From contig CAZVVG010000002.1 of assembly GCA_964630615.1 (NCBI GenBank), positions 2,059-47,116 on the forward strand: a DNA stretch of 45,058 bases, given 5' to 3'. Origin of the DNA: an uncultured Bdellovibrionales bacterium. Lineage in GTDB: Bacteria > Patescibacteriota > Minisyncoccia > Moranbacterales > UBA2206. The notes under the pieces are model-generated. The model was given only the letters and a program-made list of their open reading frames with translations. It was not told the DNA's origin and did no database searches. Positions 26,242-35,214 of the stretch are shown here, in pieces; position 1 is the stretch's first letter, and the number at the start of each line of letters is the position of its first letter. The translations under genes were made by a program, and so were the position numbers.

Positions 26242-27513
26242 ATGCTGGAAAAAATAATTCAAATTTTCAAAATCCGGGAATTAAGAAACAAGATTTTTTT
26301 CATTTTAGCGCTTCTGATCGTTTTTCGTTTAGCGGCTAATATTCCCGTTCCCGGAGTGGATCAAAGTCAGCTGAGAAACTTTTTTGAAGGGAATCAACTC
26401 TTCGGATTGCTGAATCTGTTTTCCGGAGGAGGACTGAGCAGTATTTCTATCGTGATGTTGGGAGTCGGCCCTTATATTACCTCTTCGATTATTATGCAGC
26501 TTTTGACCATGATTGTTCCCCGTTTAGAGCAGCTTTACAAAGAGGAAGGGGAAATTGGTCGCCAAAAGTTCAACCAGTGGACTCGGTGGTTAACAGTTCC
26601 TTTGGCCGCTCTGCAGACTTTCGGGATGATTTCTCTTTTCAAAAGCCAACAAGTTATAACCGAGCTTTCTTCTTTTGGAATGTTTTATATGGTTATCGTG
26701 GCGGTGGCCGGAACGATATTTTTAATGTGGCTGGGCGAATTGATTACCGAGAAAAAAATCGGCAACGGAGTTTCTTTGATAATTTTCGCGGGAATCGTGG
26801 CGGGGCTGCCCGGGGCAGTTTCCCGGGTTATGGCGACCCAGGATTCTTCTCAATTTTTTACCTATATTCTGCTTCTAGTAATTGTCGTTATCGCGATTGC
26901 CGGGGTGGTTTTTGTTAACGAAGGCCAACGCAACATTCCCGTTTCCTACGCTAAGAGAATTCGGGGCAATCGGATGTATGGGGGGACTTCCACTCACTTG
27001 CCGCTTAGGGTCAATCAAGCCGGGGTAATCCCCATTATTTTTGCCATGTCTATAATGCTTTTTCCGGGAATGATTGCTAATTTTCTTTCCAATGTTTCCA
27101 ATCCGACAGTGGCCTCCGCCGCCAGGTTTGTGGGAGGAGTTTTCCAAAACCAATGGTTTTACGGAATAATTTATTTTATTTTAGTAGTCGCTTTCACCTA
27201 TTTTTATACGGCCGTGGTATTTGATCCGAATAAAATTTCAGAGAGCTTGCAAAAACAAGGAGGATATGTTCCTGGAATCCGACCGGGTGCCAACACGGCG
27301 GAATATCTTTATCGGATAATGAACCGAATAATTCTTTCCGGAGCGCTTTTTTTAGGACTAATTGCCGTTTTACCTTTTATTGTTCAGGGAGTGACTAACG
27401 TTAATTCAATTTCTATTGGAGGCACCGGCTTGCTGATTGTGGTTTCGGTGGTGATTGAAACTATCAAGCAAATTGAAGGCCAATTAGTGATGCGGGACTA
27501 TGAAGGATTTTAA
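26242..27513 (+). CDS. secY: Preprotein translocase subunit SecY
   Basis: 10-TM protein with LGVGPYITSSIIMQLL and GELITEKKIGNGVSLIIF. Confidence 0.97.
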   Translation: MLEKIIQIFKIRELRNKIFFILALLIVFRLAANIPVPGVDQSQLRNFFEGNQLFGLLNLFSGGGLSSISIVMLGVGPYITSSIIMQLLTMIVPRLEQLYKEEGEIGRQKFNQWTRWLTVPLAALQTFGMISLFKSQQVITELSSFGMFYMVIVAVAGTIFLMWLGELITEKKIGNGVSLIIFAGIVAGLPGAVSRVMATQDSSQFFTYILLLVIVVIAIAGVVFVNEGQRNIPVSYAKRIRGNRMYGGTSTHLPLRVNQAGVIPIIFAMSIMLFPGMIANFLSNVSNPTVASAARFVGGVFQNQWFYGIIYFILVVAFTYFYTAVVFDPNKISESLQKQGGYVPGIRPGANTAEYLYRIMNRIILSGALFLGLIAVLPFIVQGVTNVNSISIGGTGLLIVVSVVIETIKQIEGQLVMRDYEGF

Positions 27514-27545
27514 GAGTAGCTAGTATTAGGCGTTGATTTTTACAC

Positions 27546-28199
27546 ATGAACATAATAATCTTGGGACCCGCCGGAAGCGGCAAAGGTGTCCAGTCAAAAA
27601 TTTTAGCGGAAAATTTTAATTTAGCCCATATTGATATGGGTCAAACGTTACGCGATTTTGCCCAGGAAGAAAATGCGGTGGGTAAGGAAATTTATGCGAT
27701 TCAAAACCTGGAAAAAGCGCTGGTGCCCAGCCGCATCTTGCAGGAAGTTCTCCGTTTAAAAATCAATTCCTATCACACGGAACAAAGTATTGTTTTTGAC
27801 GGAGTACCACGCACTTTGGATCAGGCAGAATTTTTGGAAAAATTACTTTTAAAATCAGGCCGGAAAATTGACAGAGTTTTTTTTATTAATATTTCCCAAG
27901 CGGAATCAATTTTCCGAATTTCTCAACGCTGGGTTTGCGCCAACTGCCAGAAAATTCTTATTATGGGACGAGATGTAAAAGAGGAAAAGGAGGGTTGTCC
28001 AACTTGTCAGGGTGAGATTGTTAGAAGAATGGACGACACACCCGAAGGAATAAAGAAAAGGCTGGAAATTTTCCAGAGAGAAACTTTGCCGGTTTTGGAA
28101 TATTTCAGAAAGAAAGATCTTTTGGTTGAACTCAATGGAGAAAAGTCAATTAAAGAAGTTTCCCGGGAAATTTCTAAAAATGTGGAAAAATTAATTTAG
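27546..28199 (+). CDS. adk: Adenylate kinase (zinc-lid form)
   Basis: P-loop GPAGSGKG, FDGVPRT, and lid CANC...CPTC. Confidence 0.93.
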   Translation: MNIIILGPAGSGKGVQSKILAENFNLAHIDMGQTLRDFAQEENAVGKEIYAIQNLEKALVPSRILQEVLRLKINSYHTEQSIVFDGVPRTLDQAEFLEKLLLKSGRKIDRVFFINISQAESIFRISQRWVCANCQKILIMGRDVKEEKEGCPTCQGEIVRRMDDTPEGIKKRLEIFQRETLPVLEYFRKKDLLVELNGEKSIKEVSREISKNVEKLI

Positions 28200-28205
28200 T
28201 CATCA

Positions 28206-28973
28206 GTGATTAGGATTAAGAACGAAAAAGAAATTCAGGCGATGCGGGAAGGGGGAAAAATTTTGGCTGAGATTATGGAAAAAATTCATCGCCAAATTTT
28301 TCCCGGACAATCGACCGCGATACTCGACAAGCTGGCAGAAGAGCTTGTTTTTGCTAGTGGGGGAGAGGCGGCTTTCAAGGGTTTCGGAAAAGAAACCGGC
28401 CATCCTTATCCGGGGAACATTTGCGCTTCCCTTAACGCGGAAATTGTCCATGGAATTCCTTCGGCAAAAAGAATTGTCAAGGAGGGGGATATTCTGAAAA
28501 TTGACATCGGCTTAAGATATAAAGGAATGGTGACGGATATGGCCAGAACTTTTCCGGTTGGAAAAATTTCTCCTAAAGCCCGAAAGCTTATTAAAGTCAC
28601 CGAGCAATCTTTCTGGGAGGGGGTCAAGAAGCTTAGAGCGGGAAAATTTCTAAGCCAGTATTCCCAAGCGGTCCAACACTGCGCCGAAAGCCAGGGTTTT
28701 TTTGTGGTGCGTAATTTGGTAGGTCACGGCGTCGGGAGAGAACTGCACGAAGACCCCTATGTTCCCAACTATTACGAAAAGGGAAGTCGGGATTTGAAAC
28801 TGGTTCCCGGCTTGACTTTAGCGCTGGAACCGATGATTAATGAAGGAACCGTGGAAACCATCCTAGAGAAAAATGGCTGGGTTTTCAAAACTCGGGATGG
28901 AAAATTAAGCGCCCATTACGAAAACACCGTTCTGGTTGGAAAGAACAGTCCGGAAATTTTGACGATTTTCTGA
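28206..28973 (+). CDS. map: Type I methionine aminopeptidase
   Basis: GTG start giving (M)IRIKNEKEI. Metal ligands lie in ILKIDIG, DMARTF, GHGVG.ELHE and LALEPM. Confidence 0.95.
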   Translation: MIRIKNEKEIQAMREGGKILAEIMEKIHRQIFPGQSTAILDKLAEELVFASGGEAAFKGFGKETGHPYPGNICASLNAEIVHGIPSAKRIVKEGDILKIDIGLRYKGMVTDMARTFPVGKISPKARKLIKVTEQSFWEGVKKLRAGKFLSQYSQAVQHCAESQGFFVVRNLVGHGVGRELHEDPYVPNYYEKGSRDLKLVPGLTLALEPMINEGTVETILEKNGWVFKTRDGKLSAHYENTVLVGKNSPEILTIF

Positions 28974-29011
28974 TTTTTTATTCTTTGATAATTTTTTGAC
29001 AAAATAAAAAA

Positions 29012-29051
29012 CCGGAAGGCTTACGCGCTTAGGATCAAGCACTGCTTCCGG
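29012..29051. terminator. Possible shared terminator hairpin between convergent map and the minus-strand ORF
   Basis: ccggaag pairs with cttccgg, with inner gctt/aagc pairing. An A-run lies on the left side (a T-run for minus-strand transcripts). The T-run on the plus side is weak. Confidence 0.35.
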
Positions 29052-29059
29052 CCGAGATT

Positions 29060-29377
29060 TTAGGGGGAGGAGTCTATGTTTGTTAATAAAAAATGCAGAC
29101 ATTCCCCACTTCTATCGCAAGATACCCAGCGAGCATCCTGTTCTGATTTCTTCGCCAATTCATGATTTGATATTATCATGATCGCGAAGATTTTTTTTGC
29201 CTTGAGGCTATCCGTTTTAACGACAACCCCTCTTTCCTTGAAAATCCAGGCCTTCATGTTAAGGCCCGAATTATTTTTTAATACTTCCCTTCGCTTCTCA
29301 TGGAAGCCTGAGAAGTATACGGCGCTGGCAAGCAAGACTACCAGCGCTACAAAAATAAAATAAAACCTCTTTTCCAT
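29060..29377 (-). CDS. Hypothetical membrane-anchored 105-aa protein
   Basis: Only sizeable ORF in this gap. It has an N-terminal TM helix (FYFIFVALVVLLASAVYF). No homology recognised. Confidence 0.4.
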   Translation of the reverse strand: MEKRFYFIFVALVVLLASAVYFSGFHEKRREVLKNNSGLNMKAWIFKERGVVVKTDSLKAKKIFAIMIISNHELAKKSEQDARWVSCDRSGECLHFLLTNIDSSP

Positions 29378-29484
29378 TTTTTCCTCCCTTCTCCCTTATG
29401 CGTCTGACAGAAATGGAAAACTGCCGGACAGGGATTTTATTTTTTTAAAATACTAACTCTTAATAATATCACAAAATTAACTAA

Positions 29485-29928
29485 ATGTCAATACCAGTGA
29501 AAAATAAGCCTAAAATAAGCCGAATTTTAGCTATAGATTATGGCCAAGCTAAAATTGGACTGGCACTAGGCGACACGGAAACCAAAATCGCCCTGGCCTA
29601 TAAAACCCTGCCTAATAAAGGTGATTTTTTTACCGAGCTTTCTCAAGTTATTGTGGAAGAGGAAGTTAAGGAAGTAATTCTCGGACTACCAGGACACAGG
29701 GGTTATTCAAAGGGGAATGCTCAAGAAAAAGAAATAAAAAAATTAGGTCAAAAGCTCAAAGAAAAACTTCAGGTTACCATAAAATACCAGGAAGAAATGT
29801 TTACAACCCGGATGGCTCAGAGCCGGCTTAAGGAAGCCGGAAAGAAAAATCTGAAATCCAAAGATGACCCGGAGGCGGCCCGGATCATCCTGGAAAGCTA
29901 TTGGGAAAAAACGGAAAAACTTTCTTAG
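29485..29928 (+). CDS. ruvX: YqgF/RuvX-family pre-16S rRNA nuclease / Holliday junction resolvase-like
   Basis: ILAIDYGQAKIGLALGD at the N-terminus, and the typical size. Confidence 0.88.
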   Translation: MSIPVKNKPKISRILAIDYGQAKIGLALGDTETKIALAYKTLPNKGDFFTELSQVIVEEEVKEVILGLPGHRGYSKGNAQEKEIKKLGQKLKEKLQVTIKYQEEMFTTRMAQSRLKEAGKKNLKSKDDPEAARIILESYWEKTEKLS

Positions 29929-29954
29929 AAAATTGACGAGAGAAAATTCAGAAG

Positions 29955-29983
29955 TTGGGGAAACGCTTTTTTTGTGCTATAAT
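29955..29983 (+). promoter_or_regulatory. Candidate promoter with extended -10 (TGcTATAAT)
   Basis: TTGGGG, 17 nt, TATAAT with an upstream TG. It lies about 50 nt before the GT2 gene. Confidence 0.4.
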
Positions 29984-30031
29984 TAATCAGCAGAAACTCA
30001 AGTTAATTTTTTAATCGGACTAAAATATTTT

Positions 30032-30811
30032 ATGGAAGAAAGACCCTATCTGTCAGTCATTATTCCGGCTTATAAAGAAGGAAAAAGAATTGGCACCAAT
30101 CTTTTAGAAATTGATAAATATCTCAATTCAAAAAATTATTCTTACGAGATTTTAGTGGTAATAGACGGTTCGCCTGATGATACGGCGCAGATTGCCAAAA
30201 GCTACTCGGGAGAAGTAGAAAATTTACGGATAATTGACAATAAAGAAAATCACGGCAAGGGTTATGTTGTCCGTCAGGGTCTTCTAGCGGCTCAAGGAAA
30301 ATTCCGTTTGTTTTTGGACGCGGACGGCTCAACCTCCATTACACATCTGGAGAGTTTTTTGCCGGAATTTTCGAAAGGTTATGACGTGGTTATTGGTTCC
30401 AGGGACATTAAAGGGGCTTTTGTTCAGATTCATCAACCCAAATATCGAGAAGTAATGGGCGATTTAGGCAATTGGCTAATACGAATTGTTTTGGGCTTGT
30501 GGTCATATCCGGATACCCAATGTGGTTTCAAGATGCTTTCTCGTGAGGCGGCCGAAGCGGTCGCTAGTCGGATGGTGATTGACCGCTTTGGTTTTGACTT
30601 TGAGTTGATTATCCTGGCTAAGAAGCTGGGGTTTAAAATAAAACAAATGCCGGTTCGGTGGCTTAATGAAGCGGGTTCCACGGTAAACCTGACGGGCCCC
30701 AATGGTTACGTGCAGGTTTTTAAGGATCTGTTTAAAACCAGAATTCGTCTCTGGATGGGAAAATATAAAATAAAAAAAACAATCAATCCAAATGGAGGAA
30801 ACAAAAAATAA
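30032..30811 (+). CDS. Family 2 glycosyltransferase (dolichyl/polyprenyl-phosphate glycosyltransferase-like)
   Basis: LSVIIPAYKE, VVIDGSPDDT, LDADGS, QCGFK. Confidence 0.85.
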   Translation: MEERPYLSVIIPAYKEGKRIGTNLLEIDKYLNSKNYSYEILVVIDGSPDDTAQIAKSYSGEVENLRIIDNKENHGKGYVVRQGLLAAQGKFRLFLDADGSTSITHLESFLPEFSKGYDVVIGSRDIKGAFVQIHQPKYREVMGDLGNWLIRIVLGLWSYPDTQCGFKMLSREAAEAVASRMVIDRFGFDFELIILAKKLGFKIKQMPVRWLNEAGSTVNLTGPNGYVQVFKDLFKTRIRLWMGKYKIKKTINPNGGNKK

Positions 30812-31802
30812 AACCCAAATTTCCGAATTGAGGCAGGACTTAATAACCGGAGATTGGGTGGTAATCGCGACCGGAAGAGCCCGGAAACCGGAAGATTTTA
30901 TCCAAAACGAAAAGGAAAAAGAAGAAGAAACCGGTGAGAAGTGTTTTTTTTGCTTTCCCGAGGAAACTGAACAAGAAAAAGATGTCTTAATTTACGCTGA
31001 CCAGAAGGGAGACTGGAGTCTTCGGGTCTTCCCCAATAAATATCCCGCTTTTTCCCGGAGCCGGGTTCCGAAACACTTTGAAGATGGTCCCTTTTTCGGA
31101 ATGGATGGAACCGGTTATCACGAAGTGATTGTAACGCGAGATCACAAGCGACACATCGCGCTGCTTAATCCTTTGGAAGTGGCGGAAATTCTGGATGCCT
31201 ATCAAGAACGCTATATTGACCTGATGGGAAAAAAGAGCGTTAACTATATTGAAATTTTTCACAATCACGGTAAAGAAGCGGGGGCGTCCATTGCCCATCC
31301 TCATTCTCAACTAATGGCGATACCCGTAATCTCTCCTTATCTTAAAGGAGAGCTGGACGGAGCGGAAAATTATTACAAGGCCAACAAAGAATGCGCTTAC
31401 TGCATTATGAACGAGTGGGAATGTGAAACTCAAAAAAGGGTAGTTTTTGAAAACAAGGAAAGCGTGGCCTATTGTCCGTTTTCTTCCCGAGCGGCTTTTG
31501 AAGTCTGGGTGGTTCCTAAAAAACATAAACCTTATTTTGAAAGAACGACGGATAAGGAAAAAAAGGAAATTGCCGAAGCTCTTCAGTTTTCTCTTGGTAA
31601 AATTTATCGGGCACTGGGTAATCCGGCTTATAACTTCTATATTCACACCTCGCCTTGTGACGGCAAAGACTATCCTCATTATCACTGGCACATAGAGATT
31701 CTCCCCAAAACCGCCACCTGGGCCGGATTTGAACTTTCCACCGGAATCGAAATTTCCACTATTCAACCCGAAGTGGCGGCCGAATATCTAAGAAAAGTCT
31801 AA
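30792..31802 (+). CDS. galT: Galactose-1-phosphate uridylyltransferase (HIT-type GalT)
   Basis: CFFC zinc motif, FPNKYPAF, and an active-site HPHSQ. It overlaps the GT2 gene by 20 nt. Confidence 0.88.
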   Translation: MEETKNKTQISELRQDLITGDWVVIATGRARKPEDFIQNEKEKEEETGEKCFFCFPEETEQEKDVLIYADQKGDWSLRVFPNKYPAFSRSRVPKHFEDGPFFGMDGTGYHEVIVTRDHKRHIALLNPLEVAEILDAYQERYIDLMGKKSVNYIEIFHNHGKEAGASIAHPHSQLMAIPVISPYLKGELDGAENYYKANKECAYCIMNEWECETQKRVVFENKESVAYCPFSSRAAFEVWVVPKKHKPYFERTTDKEKKEIAEALQFSLGKIYRALGNPAYNFYIHTSPCDGKDYPHYHWHIEILPKTATWAGFELSTGIEISTIQPEVAAEYLRKV

Positions 31803-31813
31803 GCCAAGACCTG

Positions 31814-32293
31814 ATGAACGAAATCATTATCCATTGGTTTTCCGATTTTCCCAAAGAGTTGGCGACTTTTTTGATTGCGCTGATTCCGGTTACCGAACTA
31901 CGCGCCGCTTTACCCTTGGCGTATAAGGTTTACGGACTTTCGGCTTTTAAAGCCTGGTTTTATTCCGTGGCGGGAACCTTTTTTGCCATGGTCTTGATTG
32001 TTACTATCCTTGAGCCAGTTTCTAAATTTTTGTCAAAGCGTTTTAGTTTTTTTGGAAAATTTTTTAATTGGATTTTTGAGCATACCCGTAAGAAAACAGA
32101 CGCGAAAATGGAAAAATACGGCGCCTGGGCAATTTTTATTTTGGCGGCAATCCCTATTCCTTTTGTGGGGGGAATGACGGGAGCCTTGGCAGCCTTTATT
32201 TTTGGGGTACCTTTGAAAAAGTCGCTTCCTTTGCTTCTTTTTGGTACAATGGTTTCAGGAGGAATTGTCCTCTTCTTAACTTTGTATTTTTAG
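31814..32293 (+). CDS. Small polytopic membrane protein (COG2426 / small multidrug export-like family)
   Basis: Four TM segments and LIALIPVTELRAALPLA, which is typical of that family. The functional name is weak. Confidence 0.6.
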   Translation: MNEIIIHWFSDFPKELATFLIALIPVTELRAALPLAYKVYGLSAFKAWFYSVAGTFFAMVLIVTILEPVSKFLSKRFSFFGKFFNWIFEHTRKKTDAKMEKYGAWAIFILAAIPIPFVGGMTGALAAFIFGVPLKKSLPLLLFGTMVSGGIVLFLTLYF

Positions 32294-32335
32294 TCCCAAA
32301 AAAGGAAGAGAGGAAATCTCTAATTCTAAACTCTT

Positions 32336-33106
32336 ATGAACAAAAAAAAGATCTTAGCCGGAAACTTGAAAATGAACTTATTGTCTCCGGCGGAACGGAA
32401 TAAATATTTAGAACTTTTAGAAAAGGCTCTTAAGGGAACAAGCCTTGCCAATGTGGATTTGGTCCTGTTCCCTCCCATCGTGCATCTGGAAGCTTTTCAA
32501 AAAAAGATCGGGAAAAAAGTTGCTCTCGGAGGACAAAACGTTTTTTCCGAGCAGAGAGGTTCTTATACGGGAGAAATTTCTCCGGCGATGATAAAGAATT
32601 TTGGCGGGGACTGGGTGTTGGTTGGCCACAGCGAAAGAAGGAGATATTTTTCGGAGAAAAATGAAGAAATTGCCCTAAAATTAAGTGCGGCGCTCAAAAG
32701 CGGCTTAGCCCCGATTTTATGCGTGGGTGAAAGTCGGGTGGAAAGAGATAATCAGGAAACCTTAAAAGTAATTTCTCGTCAGCTCAAGGATTGCTTGGTG
32801 GAGATAAACCGGACCAAATTGGAGAAAATAACTATCGCCTACGAACCAATTTGGGCGGTCGGAACAGATATAACACCAACCACGCACGAGATTATGGAAG
32901 CGAAAGTTTTGATTCAGAAAGTTCTGGTTGAAATGTTTGGCAAGAAATATGTTGAAAAAACCAGAATTATTTACGGAGGCAGCGTCCATTTAACAAACTT
33001 GGAACAAGTTTGCCTAAAATCTGAGATGGAAGGCGCTTTGATTGGCCGGGAAAGCTTAAGCCCACATGAATTTATTAAAATGGCCAAGATTTTTAACACA
33101 TTTTGA
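32336..33106 (+). CDS. tpiA: Triosephosphate isomerase
   Basis: NLKMN, VGHSERR, AYEPIWAVGT, YGGSV. Confidence 0.95.
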   Translation: MNKKKILAGNLKMNLLSPAERNKYLELLEKALKGTSLANVDLVLFPPIVHLEAFQKKIGKKVALGGQNVFSEQRGSYTGEISPAMIKNFGGDWVLVGHSERRRYFSEKNEEIALKLSAALKSGLAPILCVGESRVERDNQETLKVISRQLKDCLVEINRTKLEKITIAYEPIWAVGTDITPTTHEIMEAKVLIQKVLVEMFGKKYVEKTRIIYGGSVHLTNLEQVCLKSEMEGALIGRESLSPHEFIKMAKIFNTF

Positions 33107-33133
33107 TTCTTAAAAGCAATTTTAAAAAATCCT

Positions 33134-33997
33134 ATGATTACCAGTGTCAAAGAAATTTTACTTCGGGCTCAAGAGGGCAATTACGCGGTCGGTTCTTTTA
33201 ATACTTTTAATCTGGAGACCACCCGGGCGATTATTGAGGGGGCCCGGGAAGCCAAATCTCCGGTTATTGTCCAGGTAACGGAACGAACCATGGAGTATGC
33301 CGGCGGAAGAGGAATCTTCCATCTGATAAAAAACGAGGCTGAATTCTATTCTTCCCAGATTCCAGTCGGCATTCATATTGACCACGGAAGAAGCTTCGAG
33401 TTCATTGAAAGAGCTATTGATATTGGTTTTCCTTCAGTAATGTACGATGGATCAAGGAAAAAATACGAAGATAATCTGGAAATGACAAGAAAAATAACCA
33501 AATATTGTCATAAAAGAAACGTTTGCGTTCAAGCGGAATTGGGCAGCGTTCCTTATTTGGGAGAAGTTAATCTGGGAGAAATTGACTGGAACAAATATCT
33601 GACGGATCCCGATCAGGCCCAGGACTTTGTGAAAAAAACCGGCATTGATTCATTGGCGGTAGCAATCGGAAACGCGCACGGTTTTTTCAAGGAAAAAAAA
33701 GAGATTGATTTTGAGCGGCTGGCGGAAATAAAAAAGAAATGTCTGATCCCTCTGGTTTTACATGGAGCTTCAGATTGGGCCAATGGGCAAGTCAAGGAAG
33801 CGATAAAAAATGGAATTAATTGTTTTAATGTGGATACGGCGATCCGGCTGGCCTTTATTAATAACTTAGCCAAAGCAATTGGTGAGAGGGGAGACATTTC
33901 TTTGGATGCTCGCAAAATTTTAGGCGGGGCCAGGGAGGCCGTTAAAGAAAGTGTCAAAGAAAAAATCCGGAATTTTGGGAGTGAGAAAAAAGCTTAA
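33134..33997 (+). CDS. fba: Class II fructose-/tagatose-bisphosphate aldolase
   Basis: YAVGSFNTFNLE, HIDHG, LVLHGAS. Confidence 0.9.
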   Translation: MITSVKEILLRAQEGNYAVGSFNTFNLETTRAIIEGAREAKSPVIVQVTERTMEYAGGRGIFHLIKNEAEFYSSQIPVGIHIDHGRSFEFIERAIDIGFPSVMYDGSRKKYEDNLEMTRKITKYCHKRNVCVQAELGSVPYLGEVNLGEIDWNKYLTDPDQAQDFVKKTGIDSLAVAIGNAHGFFKEKKEIDFERLAEIKKKCLIPLVLHGASDWANGQVKEAIKNGINCFNVDTAIRLAFINNLAKAIGERGDISLDARKILGGAREAVKESVKEKIRNFGSEKKA

Positions 33998-34021
33998 TCA
34001 TTAATTTTTAAATTTTCAAAT

Positions 34022-35014
34022 ATGTTAAAAATCGCCATCAATGGTTTTGGCCGCATTGGCCGGCCCTCGTTTAAAATTGCTTTTGAGAGGGAGGATCTGG
34101 AAATTGTTGCCGTCAATGATTTGACGGATCTAGAAACCTCCGTCCACCTTTTGAAATACGATTCTTCCTACGGGCGTTATCCGCGAGAAGTTATTGCCGA
34201 CAAGGAAAAATCGGAGATTGTAGTGGACGGCACGCGCGTAAAGTATTTAAGCGAGCGCGAGCCCCAGAAACTTCCCTGGAAAGAATTGGAAGTGGACGTG
34301 GTCTTGGAATGCACCGGGGTTTTTGAAACAACGGCTGAGGCGGAAAAACACCTCCAGGCGGGAACTAAAAAGGTTATTCTCTCCGCTCCGGCCAAGGACG
34401 AAACACCGGTTTACCTTTTGGGAGTTAATGAAAAAGAATACCAAGGAGAAGCGGTGATTTCCAATGGTTCCTGCACCACCAATTGTCTGGCGCCGATGAT
34501 TAAAGTTTTAGACGATTGTTTTGAAGTGGATAAAGGTTTTATGACGACTACCCATTCTTATACGAACGATCAAAGAGTTCTAGATCTGGCCCACAAAGAC
34601 CTGCGTCGGGCCCGATCCGCCGGACTCAATATTATTCCAACTACCACGGGAGCGGCTAAAACCGTCGGAAAAGTGCTGAAAAATTTGCACGGCCAATTGG
34701 ACGGAATTTCTCTTCGGGTGCCTACCCCAGTAGTTTCTATCGTGGATTTTATCTGCATTTTAAAGAAAGAGGCGAATGTGGAAGCAATTAACCGGGCCTT
34801 CCGAGATTCTTCCCAGGGAGACTTAAAAGGAATCCTGGACTGTCAAGCGGAGCCCTTAGTTTCTCTGGATTTTAAGGGCAATGCTCACTCGGCGATTGTG
34901 GATCTTTCGCTGACGATGGCAAACGGTAATTTGGCCAAAGTCGTCGGCTGGTATGACAACGAATGGGGTTATTCCAACCGGCTTGTGGAAATGGCGGAAT
35001 ATGTTTCCCGATAA
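34022..35014 (+). CDS. gap: Glyceraldehyde-3-phosphate dehydrogenase
   Basis: INGFGRIGR, SNGSCTTNCLAP, WYDNEWGYS. Confidence 0.97.
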   Translation: MLKIAINGFGRIGRPSFKIAFEREDLEIVAVNDLTDLETSVHLLKYDSSYGRYPREVIADKEKSEIVVDGTRVKYLSEREPQKLPWKELEVDVVLECTGVFETTAEAEKHLQAGTKKVILSAPAKDETPVYLLGVNEKEYQGEAVISNGSCTTNCLAPMIKVLDDCFEVDKGFMTTTHSYTNDQRVLDLAHKDLRRARSAGLNIIPTTTGAAKTVGKVLKNLHGQLDGISLRVPTPVVSIVDFICILKKEANVEAINRAFRDSSQGDLKGILDCQAEPLVSLDFKGNAHSAIVDLSLTMANGNLAKVVGWYDNEWGYSNRLVEMAEYVSR

Positions 35015-35060
35015 TTTATTGCTTGGGGAAAATAAAAACTAGCTATTTAGAGAAATTTTT

Positions 35061-35084
35061 AAAAAACTTCGTGAGAAGTTTTTT
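35061..35084. terminator. Bidirectional rho-independent terminator after gap
   Basis: aaaaaacttc gtga gaagtttttt is a perfect 10-bp inverted repeat with a 4-nt loop. Confidence 0.65.
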
Positions 35085-35214
35085 AAAATTGAAAAAAAGA
35101 TTTTTTGACTTGCTAAAAAGCTTCCGAAAGCCTAAAATTAAAAATGGAAAGAACCTTTTTAAAATTAGGTTAAATTACTTTTAATTAAATAAAATAAACT
35201 TAATTTGGAAAAAT

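Noticed and set aside
26577-26918. 113-aa plus-strand ORF in an alternative frame inside secY
   Set aside because: It is embedded in secY and has a Gly/Arg-rich nonsense-like translation.
34963-35184. 73-aa plus-strand ORF overlapping the gap 3' end and the intergenic region
   Set aside because: It runs through the strong bidirectional terminator at 35061-35084 and through AT-rich spacer. It has a K-rich low-complexity translation.
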